From: Felis catus
Taxonomy: Eukaryota
Direction of reading: 5' to 3'
Assembly (NCBI RefSeq): GCF_018350175.1
Contig: NC_058368.1
Span: 67,582,001-67,646,000 of the forward strand
Length of the DNA stretch: 64,000 nucleotides
Position 1 is the first letter of the stretch. Each line of letters starts with the position of its first letter. The position numbers and the translations under genes were made by a program. Positions 38,338-51,723 of the stretch are shown here, one piece after another. The notes under the pieces were generated by a model. It was not told the DNA's origin and made no database searches. It saw only the letters and a list, made by a program, of their open reading frames with translations.

Positions 38338-40245
38338 GGCATATAAAAACACTAGAAGAGTGCTATATAAGCTTTAAATAAACTCGGATACCAAAAAGTA
38401 AGAATAGTCTCTAAGGGACATACCTGTGGAATACTTTTATTAGTAGACAAAAGTTGTATTATACTTACGTTTTCGGAATTGGTGAGCAAAATGGTCTTCC
38501 AGCTACAGCTATATATTTTTTTAAAATTGAGAATTATACCCCACATAGATGTAAAACTAGATACAATAAAGCTTATTAATAGATACTAAAAACAGCAATA
38601 TTAGCTTACAATTCATTTATTCCCAAACCTCTATTATTAACTTGGTCTAATTCACATTACCTGTGCCATCAACATTAATACAATTCTTTTTTTCAGAAAA
38701 ATTTGAAAATTGGGAAACCACAAGGAGAAACAATTTTTAGTTCTGAAGTCACAGTTACATGGGTTTAATTTCATCTAGGCTCTGTATGCATCACCTGTAC
38801 ACTTGTCTAGCCATCATTAAAACCTACACAAAAGCTAGTCCTTTAGATCACATAACCTACTTGAAACAATTATAAAATGTTTGCCAGACCAAAAACTTAC
38901 CCCTGAATAGATGTGAGGCCACCATTACTACCACACTCAGTGATATCTAACTATATGAAAACTATAACAGAAAGAGGGCTGACATTGAATTCACATTGAA
39001 GCAATTTAAGTGTGAGGCAGTAGCAGCACATTCTTTTCAAAGAAGAAAGGTAAAGAATTCTAATGCCTTTTTAAGGTCAGCACTTTCACCATCATAGTTA
39101 GTAAACTGAGAACTATTTCAAAAGTGCTAAGTAAATTTCTCACAACTCCATCAGTTCTTTACACGTTTATATAAATGCCAAGCAAAAGGAAATTGGGTGT
39201 TTCCCAGTTAACATTCTTTTAAATTGCTAGAGATTGAAGCAAAGGCCATTAATTATAGGCTAACTTATTCTGATGCCCAGAAGGAATTTTCGAAATACCC
39301 CTCAGAACCTGAAAACTAGACTTCTTCTATTTTTATTCCTTGTTTCTGTTTCCTTTTCCCTTCACTTGTCACAGTCAGGACCTTATTCTGCCATAACATA
39401 GAACTGCATTGTATTTTATTATTTGTTGGATTTCTTGGAGACAGACCACTTTATGAACATAAAATCTGGGATCTGTTAGGAAGTAATTCTGGGGCCATCT
39501 GATCCAATCTTGACTCCATGGCATTCTAAAAAACTGGCTGGGTGGCCTCTGCTTAAAACTCTCTACAAAAGTATACCCCTTACTATGAAGTTCATTTTAT
39601 CTTTAGATCACTCTCATACACTGAGACAAAACTCAGTCTTCTTTTATCTTTCACATATTGGCTCTCATTTTTCTCTCTAGAGCAAAGATCATCAAATAAA
39701 ACAAAGCAAAACCGAACCAGCTGAACTCCAACTCTCCTTGTCTATTTCGAATAGGTCACTGTACTCTAACAAGGCTTGGCTCCACCATCGACTTCCCTGT
39801 CCAGGCTAAATGCGTATTTCCCAGTACATTCCTGTATCGGTCTCCCTTCTTTTCTTATAATCACCAATGTAAGCAAAAATCCAGAAGTTTAATCAGAGGG
39901 TAGAACTACTCCTCTGATCTGGGAATTATACTCTTATGCGTGCATTATAAGACACGAGGTTACACAGTCCAGAAAGTCTTTTATCACTTTCTTAAAAAGG
40001 TGAAAAGTGGAACAGCTTGCTTTAAGAAAAGGCAAAAAACCAAGATGAGCCCCTGAACATATAACTAGGGTAGAAGGTATTTTCCCAGCACAATCCTTGT
40101 ATCCTAAAAAACTACAAACCCTGAAACTGAAAACCAGACCTCTAGTCAAATGGCAACATACAAATTCATTATGCAAACACCTCACTAAAATTGCAAATTT
40201 TGCTACTTTAGGAATAAAGTCAGGAAAATAAAATATGCTCATTAC

Positions 40246-40344
40246 CTTCTTGGGTTAAATAATACATGTTCTTTGCTATTACAGCACTCTTATCTTGCGA
40301 ATCCAAGAAAAAGAACGTAGAGAAATCTTCAACATCAGCAGTTA
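40246..40344 (-). CDS. UGGT2: UGGT2 internal exon (approx. 19), 99 nt, phase 1-1
   Basis: (V)TADVEDFSTFFFLDSQDKSAVIAKNMYYLTQE+G; ttcag acceptor, GTAATG donor. Confidence 0.95.
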
Positions 40345-40435
40345 CTGAAAATTTTCATATTAAATGTTAAATAACCACTTAATAAAACATGCACAACTCA
40401 GTAAGCATTTGTAGAAAGTATATGGATCATTTTAC

Positions 40436-40559
40436 CTGATGTGGATATTAAATTAAGGTACTGCCATTTAGCATGCAAAATCAAAGGATTTATACGGGGT
40501 ACAACATTATTCTTATCCATAAGGAAATCAACTGCATTTGTTCGATCATTTAATCGACC
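40436..40559 (-). CDS. UGGT2: UGGT2 internal exon (approx. 18), 124 nt, phase 0-1
   Basis: GRLNDRTNAVDFLMDKNNVVPRINPLILHAKWQYLNLISTS+G; ttcag acceptor, GTAAAA donor; followed by a 91-nt intron. Confidence 0.95.
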
Positions 40560-40651
40560 CTGAAACAACAAAAATATTACTTAGGTAACACAGATAATTT
40601 ATAGGCATATGTTTTAAAGTTATGCACAGAATATACTTAAAGGCTAATCTA

Positions 40652-40654
40652 AAA

Positions 40655-40693
<39 letters not shown>
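40652..40693 (+). repeat. (AAAT)~10 tetranucleotide repeat
   Basis: Perfect AAAT run. Confidence 0.95.
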
Positions 40694-40936
40694 GGCAATT
40701 AGGATTCATACAATAAACTTTACATTTACAACAAATATTCCTGTAAATACCTGAATTTTTTTCCAATTAAGCATTTCTGATGTAATTATGCACACATAAA
40801 TGTAGTTAATTATTACTTTTAAATTCGTTACTAAGTGATCAGGATGGAAACTTTTGCTACAGAAGGTTGTTTTAATGCAAAAAATCATTTATAAAAATAT
40901 CATCTATCATGTACTTCCTCATAAATGCTTGCCTAC

Positions 40937-41101
40937 CATAAAAACGTCCCTCTGTAAATATACCGTCGCGTCCATCATTCTGCGAAGAACGGCCATTTCT
41001 AGTTCTTTCATATTGAGCTCTTCAAGCTTAAAGGATTCTCCGTTATAAAGAGCTTGAGGCAAAGGACCCAGGCCAGTCATCTTATAAAAGCTTGCTCCCA
41101 C
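40937..41101 (-). CDS. UGGT2: UGGT2 internal exon (approx. 17), 165 nt, phase 0-0
   Basis: VGASFYKMTGLGPLPQALYNGESFKLEELNMKELEMAVLRRMMDATVYLQRDVFM (ORF 40919..41101); aatag acceptor, GTAGGC donor. Confidence 0.96.
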
Positions 41102-41284
41102 CTATTTAGTTCAAAAAATATCAGAGTTAAACTGAAAAACGTCTGTCTGGAAAAGAAATGCATATGTAAAAGAAGGGACGGGCATTGGCGCATTTTGATA
41201 CGCCACAGGAAAAAAAGGTTAATTGTGCTAATTTCATTTGTCCTTTCCGAACATTATTTAAAGCAAAGTAATCTACCTATGGAG

Positions 41285-41487
41285 CAAGAATCAGGAAGCT
41301 TTTCCTGTAAAGGGCCAGCTAGCACACATCGCAGCCTCTGTGGGCCATCCAGTCTCCGTCTCCACTACTCAGCTCTGATGCTGTAGTGTAGCAGGGGTAT
41401 ACACCGATGCAGGGATGTGGGGCTACCTCCCAAGAAAACTGTATATATAAAAGAGGCAGTGGGAGGGCAGGATGTGCTGACCCTTGT
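41285..41487. mobile_element. MER58-like hAT-Charlie MITE
   Basis: TTTTCCTGTAAAGGGCCAG...GTGGGCCA...TGCTGACCCTTG. Confidence 0.65.
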
Positions 41488-41866
41488 GCACAGTATAACA
41501 TTAAAAAACATACCATTTATCTGGATCAGAGATTCATTCATCCCTGCATTCATTTGTTTCATTACCAATTTTTGAATTCATGCCATCAGCATGAGACTAG
41601 ACGCTGTGAATACAAAGCTGAAAGTCGGCCCTCAAGGGGTTCACACAGACACGGCCAAAACAGAGGCACGTGCAAGGTTCTGCGGCAGCCAGGAAGAAAA
41701 CTCGAGGATGGAGAGGAGGGGGTCAGAGAAGCCTCTGGGAAGGGGTGACAGGGAAAGTCTTAAAGGGTGAGTAAACATTTGCTGGGAAGATAAAGTGGGA
41801 GAAGTGCATGTGAAGACAGGAATTGGGGGGAAGAGAACACAGCCTCAGGCAACTGCAAGTAATTTT

Positions 41867-44800
41867 TTTTAATATATGAAATTTATTGTCGAATTGGTTT
41901 CCATACAACACCCAGTGCTCATCCCAAAAGATGCCCTCTTCAATACCCATCACCCCCCTTCCCCTCCCTCCCACCCCCCACAAACCCTCAGTTTGTTCTC
42001 AGTTTTTAAGAGTCTCTTATGCTTTGGCTCTCTCCCACTCTAACCTCTTTTTTTTTTTTTTTCCTTCCCCTTCCCCATGGGTTTCTGTTAATTTTCTCAG
42101 GATCCACATAAGAGTGAAAACATATGGTATCTGTCTTTCTCTGTATGGCTTATTTCACTTAGCATAACATTCTCCAGTTCCAACCACGTTGCTACAAAGG
42201 GCCATATTTCATTCTTTCTCATTGCCACGTAGTACTCCATTGTGTATATAAACCACAATTTCTTTATCCATTCATCAGTTGATGGACATTTAGGCTCTTT
42301 CCATAATTTGGCTATTGTTGAGAGTGCTGCTATAAACATTGGGGTACAAGTGCCCCTATGCATCAGTACTCCTGTATCCCTTGGGTAAATTCCTAGCAGT
42401 GATACTGCTGGGTCATAGGGTAGGTCTATTTTTAATTTTCTGAGGAACCTCCACACTGTCTTCCAGAGAAGCTGCACCAGTTTGCATTCCCACCAACAGT
42501 GCAAGAGGGTTCCCGTTTCTCCACATCTTCTCCAGCATCTAGTCTCCTGATTTGTTCATCTTGGCCACTCTGACTGGCGTGAGGTGATACCTGAGTGTGG
42601 TTTTGATTTGTATTTCCCTGATGAGGAGCGACGTTGAGCATCTTTTCATGTGCCTGTTGGCCATCTGGATGTCTTCTTTAGAGAAGTGTCTATTAATGTT
42701 TTCTGCCCATTTCTTCACTGGATTATTTGTTTTTTGGGTGCAGAGTTTGGTGAGCTCTTTATAGATTTTGGACACTAGCTCTTTATCCAATATGTCATTT
42801 GCAAATATCTTTTCCCATTCCGTTGGTTGCCTTTTAGTTTTGTTATTTCCTTTGTTTGCAGAAGCTTTTTTATCTTCATGAGGTCCCAGTAGTTCATTTT
42901 TGCTTTTAATTCCCTTGCCTTTGGGGATGTGTCAAGTAAGAAATTGCTACAGCTGAGGTCAGAGAGGTCTTTTCCTGCTTTCTCCTCTAGGGTTTTGATG
43001 GTTTCCTGTCTCACATTCAGGTCCTTTTCCCATTTTGAGTTTATTTTTGTGAATGGTGTGAGAAAGTGGTCTAGTTTCAACCTTCTGCATGTTGCTGTCC
43101 AGTTCTCCCAGCACCATTTGTTAAAGAGACTGTCTTTTTTCCATTGGATGTTCTTTCCTGCTTTGTCAAAGATTAGTTGGCCATACGTTTGTGGGTCTAG
43201 TTCTGGGGTTTCTATTCTGTTCCATTGGTCTATGTGTCTGTTTTTGTGCCAATACCATGCTGTCTTGATGATGACAGCTTTGTAGTAGAGGCTAAAGTCT
43301 GGGATTGTGATGCCTCCCACTTTGGTCTTCAAAATTACTTTGGCTATTCGGGGCCTTTTGTGGTTCCATATGAATTTCAGGATTGCTTGTTCTAGCTTCG
43401 AGAAGAATGCTGGTGCAATTTTGATTGGGATTGCATTGAATGTGTAGATAGCTTTGGGTAGTATTGACATTTTGACAATATTTATTCTTCCAACCCATGA
43501 GCATGGAATGTTTTTCCATTTCTTTATATCTTCTTCAATTTCCTTCATAAACTTTCTATAGTTTTCAGCATACAGATCTTTTACATCTTTGGTTAGGTTT
43601 ATTCCAAGGTATTTTATATTTCTTGGTGCAATTGTGAATGGGAACAGTTTATTTGTCTTTCTGTTGCTTCATTATTAGTGTATAAGAATGCAACTGATTT
43701 CTGTACATTGATTTTGTATCTTGCAACTTTGCTGAATTCATGTATCAGTTCTAGCAGACTTTTGGTGGAGTCTATCGGATTTTCCATGTATAATATCATG
43801 TCATATACAAAAAGTGAAAGCTTAACTTCATCTTGCCAATTTTGATGCCTTTGATTTCCTTTTGTTGTCTGATTGCTGATGCTAGAACTTGCAACATTTT
43901 GTTAAACAACAGCAGTGAGAGTGGACATCCTTGTCATGTTCCTGATCTCAGGGAAAAAGCTCTCAGTTTTTCCCCATTGAGGATGATGTTAGCTGTGGGC
44001 TTTTTGTAAATGGCTTTTATGATATTTAAGTATGTTCCTTCTATCCCCACTTTCTCAAGGGTTTTTATTAAGAAAGGATGCTGAATTTTGTCAAATGCTT
44101 TTTCTGCATCGATTGATAGGATCATATGGTTCTTTTCTTTTATTAATGTGATGTATCATGTTGATTGATTTGCGAATGTTGAACCAGCCCTGCATCCCAG
44201 GAATGAATCCCACTTGATCATGGTGAATAATTCTTTTTATATGCTGTTGAATTTGATTTGCTAGTATCTTATTGAGAATTTTTGCATCCATATTCATCAG
44301 GGATATTGGCCTGTAGTTCTCTTTTTTTTACTGGGTCTCTGTCTGGCTTAGGAATCAAAGTAATACTGGCTTCATAGAATGAGTCTGGAAGTTTTCCTTC
44401 CCTTTCTATTTTTTGGAATAGCTTGAGAAGGACAGGTATTATCTCTGCTTTAAACATCTGGTAGAACTCCCCTGGGAAGCCATCTGGTCCTGGACTCTTA
44501 TTTATTGGGAGATTTTTGATAACTGATTCAATTTCTTCGCTGGTTATGGGTCTGCTCAAGCTATTTCCTCCTGATTGAGTTTTGGAAGTGTGTGGGTGTT
44601 TAGGAATTTGTCCATTTCTTCCAGGTTGTCCAGTTTGTTGGCATATAATTTTTCATAGTATTCCCTGATAACTGCTTGTATCTCTGAGGGATTGGTTGTA
44701 ATAATTCCACTTTCATTCATGATTTTATCTATTTGGGTCATCTCCCTTTTCTTTTTGAGAAGCCTAGCTAGAGGTTTATCAATTTTATTTTTTCAAAAAA

Positions 44801-45924
44801 CCAACTCTTGGTTTCATTGATCTGCTCTACAGTTTTTTTAGATTCTATATTGTTTATTTCTGCTCTGATCTTTATTATTTCTCTTCTTCTGTTGGGTTTA
44901 GGGTGTCTTTGCTGTTCTGCTTCTATTTCCTTTAGGTGTGCTGTTAGATTTTGTATTTGGGATTTTTCTTGTTTCTTGAGATAGGCCTGGATTGCAATGT
45001 ATTTTCCTCTCAGGACTGCCTTCGCTGCATTCCAAAGCGTTTGGGTTGTTGTATTTTCATTTTCGTTTGTTTCCATATATTTTTTAATTTCTTCTCTAAT
45101 TGCCTGGTTGACCCATTCATTCTTTAGTAGGGTGTTCTTTAACCTCCACGCTTTTGGAGGCTTTCCAGACTTTTTTCTGTGGTTGATTTCAAGCTTCATA
45201 GCATTGTAGTCTGGAAGTATGCATGGTATGATCTCAATTCTTGTATACTTACGAAGGGTTGTTTTGTGACCCAGTATGTGATCTTGGAGAATGTTCCATG
45301 TGCACTCGAGAAGAAAGTATATTCTGTTGCTTTGGGTAAGGGGGATCCTGTGAGACAAAGTACCAGAGACATCGCTACAAGCATGAAACCTACAGACATC
45401 ACAATGACTCTAAACCCATATCTTTCTATAACACTGAATGTAAATGGACTAAATGCGCCAACCAAAAGACATACGGTATCAGCATGGATAAAAAAACAAG
45501 ACCCATCTATTTGCTGTCTACAAGAGACTCATTTTAGACCTGAGGACACCTTCAGATTGAAAGTGAGGGGATGGAGAACTATTTATCATGCTATTGGAAG
45601 TGAAAAGAAAGCTGGAGTAGCCATACTTATATCAGACAAACTAGACTTTAAGTTAAAGGCTATAACAAGAGATGAAGAAGGGCATTACATAATAATTACA
45701 GGGCCTATCCATCAGGAAAAGCTAACAATTATAAATGTCTATGCGCTGAATATGAGAACCCCCAAATATATAAAACAATTACTCACAAACATAAGCAACC
45801 TTATTGATAAGAATGTGGTAATGACAGGGGCCTTTAACACTCCACTTACAACAATGGATAGATCATCTAGACACCTGGTCCATAAGGAAACAAGGGCCCT
45901 GAATGACTTGACAGATATATTTAG
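41867..45924 (-). mobile_element. Young felid L1 (~4.06 kb) with 5' inversion (41867-45336 on minus; 45337-45924 inverted on plus, containing the ORF2 start)
   Basis: Long ORF2 fragments (42775..43548, 44269..44559); plus segment MTLNPYLS..ICCLQETHF..DLTDIFRT; perfect TSD AACTGCAAGTAATTTT 41851-41866 / 45925-45940. Confidence 0.96.
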
Positions 45925-46227
45925 AACTGCAAGTAATTTTCTGTGCCTACGGTGGGGAGAGTTCTGTGTGTGGGAGCAGCGAGAAACGGGACAGAGGCCA
46001 GCTCCTGAAGGCGCTCAACATCTGCATTTTACCTTGGGAATGACAGAAGTTACTAACCAATTCATCTGCTATTCACAACTATGTATTATTATAGCTACCA
46101 TCATTGCTAACATTCTCATAATTACTCTGTGAAGCTAAGTACTACCATTACATCCATTTTACAGATGCTGAAACACACACGCAGAGATGAAATCACCTCC
46201 AGGGCCACCACGCGGCTACTGCATTTA

Positions 46228-46382
46228 ATTTTTTCTTTTTCAAGTTTTTATTTAAATTCCAATCAGTTTAACATACAGTATAGTATTAGTTTCAGGTACA
46301 GAATTTAGTAATTCATCCTGTACATACAATTCCCAGTGCCCATCCCAACAAGTGCCCTCCTTAATGCCCATCACCCATTTAC
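46228..46382 (-). mobile_element. Short carnivore L1 3' tail within a MIR-like remnant
   Basis: TTTAAATTCCAATCAGTTAACATACAG...CAAGTGCCCTCCTTAATGCCCATCACCC. Confidence 0.8.
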
Positions 46383-46999
46383 TGGGCACTTACTGTGTAT
46401 TAGGCTTATGAGTGCACATAAATAAAATGCAAATTCTGTCCTAAGGGAACTCATAGCTTAACAGAGGAAGAGATGGACCCATTAAAAACAAGTGTGAGTA
46501 TAGCACCCAGGGGTTCCAAGGAGGGCATGGTCAGTTCCATCTAACAAGAGGGTAAATACTGGTAAGTAATAGGATCAGGTGTGCTTATTTTAAAAAAAGA
46601 CCACAGCAGCAACGGTGAGAAGGAAAGACGTGGGAGAACACGCCCTGGGAGTGTCGCTCATGAAGTACAACAATAGCATGGGAAAGAGAGCAAAAGCAGA
46701 ACAGAAATCAGGGGTGATGGGCAAGGAGAGAACAAGGCTGGACGGCCGGAACATAACCCTGTACTGTTTGGGATGGTAGGAGCGAAGCAGTGGGTTAGGA
46801 TGGCCATCAGGCTTCTTGCATAGGTGGCCAGGGTGAATGATGATGCTACCCTGTAGGACAGGCATAAAGAAGAACAAAATGGAGTAACAAGGAAGATGAT
46901 GGGCGTGGTTTTGGATGCTTTTGATTCAGGATCCTTACGGGCAATCAACCAGGTATGGGTATGTCTCTGCTGGAAATACAAGCCCTCTTCTGATTTACT

Positions 47000-47790
47000 C
47001 CATGATTTCTAATTAGGCCACCCGCCCATTCCAAAAGCTTTAAGTACCACAAATAAGCCAATGACACTGAATTTTATATTTTTAGCCCTGTAAGAACAAG
47101 TTGCCAAACAGGGACTTAACACCTAATCTATCTGCAGCTTCAGTCTCCCTCAGAAAATTTTCCATCAGATCAGTACCAATGAGTCTGTCACAAGGGCAGA
47201 GAAGTAGTCTACATATTAACCCCCCTGCTTTTCCCCTAAGGGAAAGCCTCGTTGCCCAAAACAATCCTTTTCTTTTGCTAATAATGTTCCTGCCCCACCT
47301 CCTTCTCTAAAAATCTTTCCACTTAGTTTAACTCCTCAGATCATCCTTCAGTTTGCTAGAGGGGATGCTGTCCTATTCATGAGCATTAAAAAAAAAAAAA
47401 AAAAAGCCATTTAGATCCTTAAAAGTTACTCGGTTGAATTTGTGTCATTTAACAGATTTGGTGGCAGCAACGGGGTCCAAAGTGAACTTTGCCAGCATTT
47501 GGGGGCAAGAAACACAGGTGTAGGAGCCGCAAACCCTTTGAGCTCCTGGTCTTTCCTGCCACTTCTAAGAGCTGTGGGTCAGTTCCTGTCAGTTCTCTCT
47601 TCTGAAAGACAGACAATCCCATACACTGTGCCCTCCAGCGACTGACTCAAAATGATGGAGAGTGCTCTTTCAAAAAAAGGCAGGTCATGGCCACCTCACT
47701 GCTCAGTATCTTCTCAGACTTTTTACTGTTGCCAGGGTCTTCTTCAACTGTTCTGAGTTCCAGTTAGACACTGTTCACTGTGCAATCCGC
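47000..47790 (+). mobile_element. ERV 5' LTR (MER34-like; ends at 47454) with PBS and a stub of internal sequence
   Basis: LTR end AAAGCCATTTAGATCC..GTTGAATTTGTGTCATTTAACA, then TGGTGGCAGCAACGGGGT at 47459-47476; outer boundaries uncertain. Confidence 0.7.
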
Positions 47791-50700
47791 CCCCTTCCTT
47801 CCATGACACACACACAACACAACTCCACTGCTATCCACACAGAGGCAACACCAACTGCTCACAGTTCTTCACAACTCTGGACTTCCTAACACTGTCCTCT
47901 GGGATGTCAATCTCCTGCCACTTTCTTGTTTTCTTTGATTCAACTTTTCGTCCTACTTCAGGACTCAGCTGGCCATCCCCCACTCAGAGACTGTATTCCT
48001 TATCTCCACCCCCAGAGCACTCCCCTTTCACTCTATGTGCTGTGTACCTGGGGGTCCCTTCCAGTGAAGACACATGTCCATCAATCTCGGGGACTTCTCG
48101 GGGACAAATTTCTCTGATGCTTTCCTTTCCTTTGTTTTCTCTGTTCTTCCTGAGTCTTCTGGATTGAGACTCTACTGGTTTGCCATTTATTCTTATTTTT
48201 CTTTCTTCCTCTTAATTTCTCTCTCTGCTCTATTACATTTTTATTTTATTAAAAATTTTCAGGAGATTTTCCTTGCACGCTATTCTTTTACGTCTTGTGC
48301 TTGAACATTAGAAGTACTCAATAAACATCTGTTGAAAGTGCAGCTAAAGTTTGGATGGAGAGAGAAAATTACGGGAACATGAGCTGAGGGAATAAAGGCC
48401 TAAACTCGTCAATTTTCTTCATGATGCAGGAGTCAGAATGATTTTCTAGGTGTGAAGAGGAAGGCAGGAAAGGGGTTTAGGGAATGGATGCAGGTTTAGA
48501 GTAGAGTTTGGGAGGGGTAGGGAGTGGAGAAGACCCAGCTCAACTGAAGGGTTGTCAGGTAACACTGGGACGGAAGACGTAGACCATCCTTACAGGACAG
48601 CTGCAGGAAAGGACGGCAGTGAACCGAGAGCAAACAGGGGCCACGTACGCACATAACACAAAAATGGAACTTAGTATTTCTGAAGAGTGTACTGTGTCTC
48701 TAATCTTTACAAAAATCCTTAATATTCGTAACTTCAGGAGACCATGACTGCAGACATCTTAAAATAACACAACAATACAAATTTCACTACTTAAAAGTGG
48801 GTTTCTGATTAAATACGGTAGGTTCATCCACATACATGCTTACCTCTTCTCTCTTCACACATTTCACTAAAGTGAGAATAACAGAGAATGTAAGAGCCCG
48901 CAAAGATAAAGAAAAACGGGAGAAAAGACAAAAAGCAGGCGAGCAAAGTAAAAAGTGAAGTCACACCTGTGCAGACAGAACGGAACATGAGTATTTTTCA
49001 TCATCGCTGGAGACACTCCGGATCCCGGACGGAGGACGAGAGCAGAGAAAGCGGAAACTAGCTGAGAGTCTGCACAGGGAGCAGCTGGCTCTCAAGGGCC
49101 CTCTCTCAACCCCAAAAATCCAAACTGTTCTGCTTTTCTTATTCTCTGCTGAAACTGAATCACAGAGACCAGTCTCGGTGATGACAGGCAGGGTGGAGAG
49201 CTGAGAAAGGGGACGGAGACCAGGCGGGAGATTCAAGGAAAGTTCCCATCCTTCACACCCAGTGCTGGACCACAATAGTGGGTTCCCACACATAACTCGT
49301 GCCCTCACCTCCCACAGGTGCACCCTCTTCTGTCACATGTAGTCCTTCTAAGAAGAAAATAAAGAATTCTTACTTGAAGAATCAAATGCTGCTTTAACTG
49401 CAGGTCAGCTCAGCTCCCCGAGAGAGGCTCACCAACTCACAAGACCCATGTGTTTGTGATCCGCTTTTCAGGATTTCATACTTCCATGTGAAAGACAACC
49501 AGACAGTGTAAGACATCTGACAAATGCTTCGAACACAAAAGAGGGAAATCGAAACGAATGAGAAAATGGAAGCTTTAGAAGGCAGACGTAATGCAGGGAG
49601 CACAACACATCACATATCACTAAGACAGTATATTGCGTCCATGAAAGAAAAACTGGGATGCTATAAAACAGGAATATGATACAAGAGGCACCTCCAGAAA
49701 ATTTTTAAAAAACTGAATGAAAAAGACAAAGGAACAAAAAAAGAAGAAAAAGCAAATAGAGACCCAACTCAGAAAACTCAGAAAGGCCAGAGAAAATAAA
49801 CGAAAGCATTAGAGAAAGAAAAAAGAAATCCCCAGAATTATAGATATGAATCTATTAGAAGGAACTCACCAAATACTCCCTACATAGAATGAAAGAGGAT
49901 CAATACAAAGACAGATCATGAGATTTCCAAACACCAGAGATAAAAAGATTCTAGAAGCTTTCAAACTGGATTAAAAAAAAAAAAAGGCAGAAAGACAAAA
50001 GAATTAAAATCAGAATGATATCACTGGTCTCCACAGCCTATCAGAAGATAGGAGACAGTATAGAAAAGCCTCCAAAATTTGAAAGAAAAATGGTTACCCG
50101 CTCCAACTACCAAATACAGTATAAGACACAAATACAGTATAAGATTTTTGAACATAAAGGAATGATAATTTTTCTCTTAAGCATATTTGCTTGGGAGAGA
50201 AGTAAAATCAGAAATAAATAAAAAATAGGAAATGCACAGTGCTAGCAAAACCAGAGATAAATCAGAGAGCCTGTAAATGGGAACAGCAAAGGCAGACCCA
50301 GAAAGGACAGTGGTGCTTCAGGCCCAGGGGACGGCCAGTTCACTTTAGAGGAAGGGGCACATGGCTACAGGAGGCATTCTGGGGGCTGGTGTGCGTGAAG
50401 GAACGTGCCGGTTTGTTCTTTGCTATGTTTATTTGTATGAAAATCTCTGGATAGATATGTGACTGATCTACTGACTATTTGGATACATTTGCAGTTAGAA
50501 CACTCCACAAATGGCTAAAAATATGGAGCAAGTCTTAAAGTTTAAAAAGGTTACTAAAAAATGGAAGGACAATCATAGTATTTGATTTACTAAACAGGGA
50601 ATACTTAAAAACTCAGACACACTAAATATTCACTTACCCAAAATGTGTTAAAAACAGAGCTGATAATCAGCTGGTTTGCACTATACAGACTTTACCACTT

Positions 50701-51527
50701 CCTAATGTAATAAAATACTTCTGTACCACTTGGTAAATAGCTGCTGTCCTGGGATGGCGATTGCCCATGAGAACCATCGTGACCTCTTTGTCACACTCCC
50801 AATGTCGACATGATTCAGCCATTACAGGGTAACCATCAGCATGAGGGCCTCAAGACTCCACTCCAGCTCTAGGACCTGCCTCGGGTTGACTCTCTCTCTG
50901 ACTGGTTGCTTGTGAAGCCACAACAGTTTTTAAATATTTTAAGTAACGCTCCTAGACTTGGAGAGACCAAGTGAAGGTCTGGAGGTAGGAAAGAGCTCAA
51001 TCCCCCATGACTATAACAGGAACTCAGCAAATGTATCTAAAACTTAAGATGTGCTGTGCAACTGAAGGAATACAAAAGAAGATGACTCCTTTTCTTGAAG
51101 TAACAACAGTCCAGTTGGAAATGAAATTTACATCCATATATGGTATGTATAAAAAAGGCAATTAATGGGAAACGGTAATATTGGGTTGTGAATACCAATA
51201 TTTAAGGATAACATGGTGTTATTCAGATGATGTTTTTATGGCAACTGATAATAAGTACTATGTTTTGGCTATATGAGAGCTCAACTTAAATTCATTTGTG
51301 TATCAGCAGAGACTACTGTTATATTTACCCAGAATCGACATGAATAAATGAATCCATTTCTTTCACATATAACTTAGATTATGAACAATATTTTAAGCTA
51401 AATAAATATACTGAAATTAAATAAACAGCTTGAATATTTTTACCTAGCTGTTCTTAGGAATGTATTTTATTTAAATGCACTTCATAGCCTTAGGTACATA
51501 GGTGTTATAAAAGGCTTTATTCATTAA

Positions 51528-51723
51528 TTTTTTAAAGTTTATTTATTTAGAGAGCCAACACAGGGAAGGGGCACTGAGAGGAGGGGAGAGAGAGAATCCT
51601 AAGCAGGCTCCACGCTGTCAGCAAGGAGCCCAGTGCAGGGCTCAAACTCGTGAACTGTGAGAACATGACATGAGCCGAAATCAAGAGTCAGAGGCTTCAC
51701 CAACTGAGCCACCTAGGCACCCC
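51528..51723 (-). mobile_element. Older SINEC
   Basis: SINE motifs ending CCACCTAGGCACCCC. Confidence 0.88.

Noticed and set aside
45179..46132. 317-aa ORF, the longest in the window
   Set aside because: Chimera across the L1 inversion junction: antisense L1, then the L1 endonuclease fragment, then flank; not a host gene
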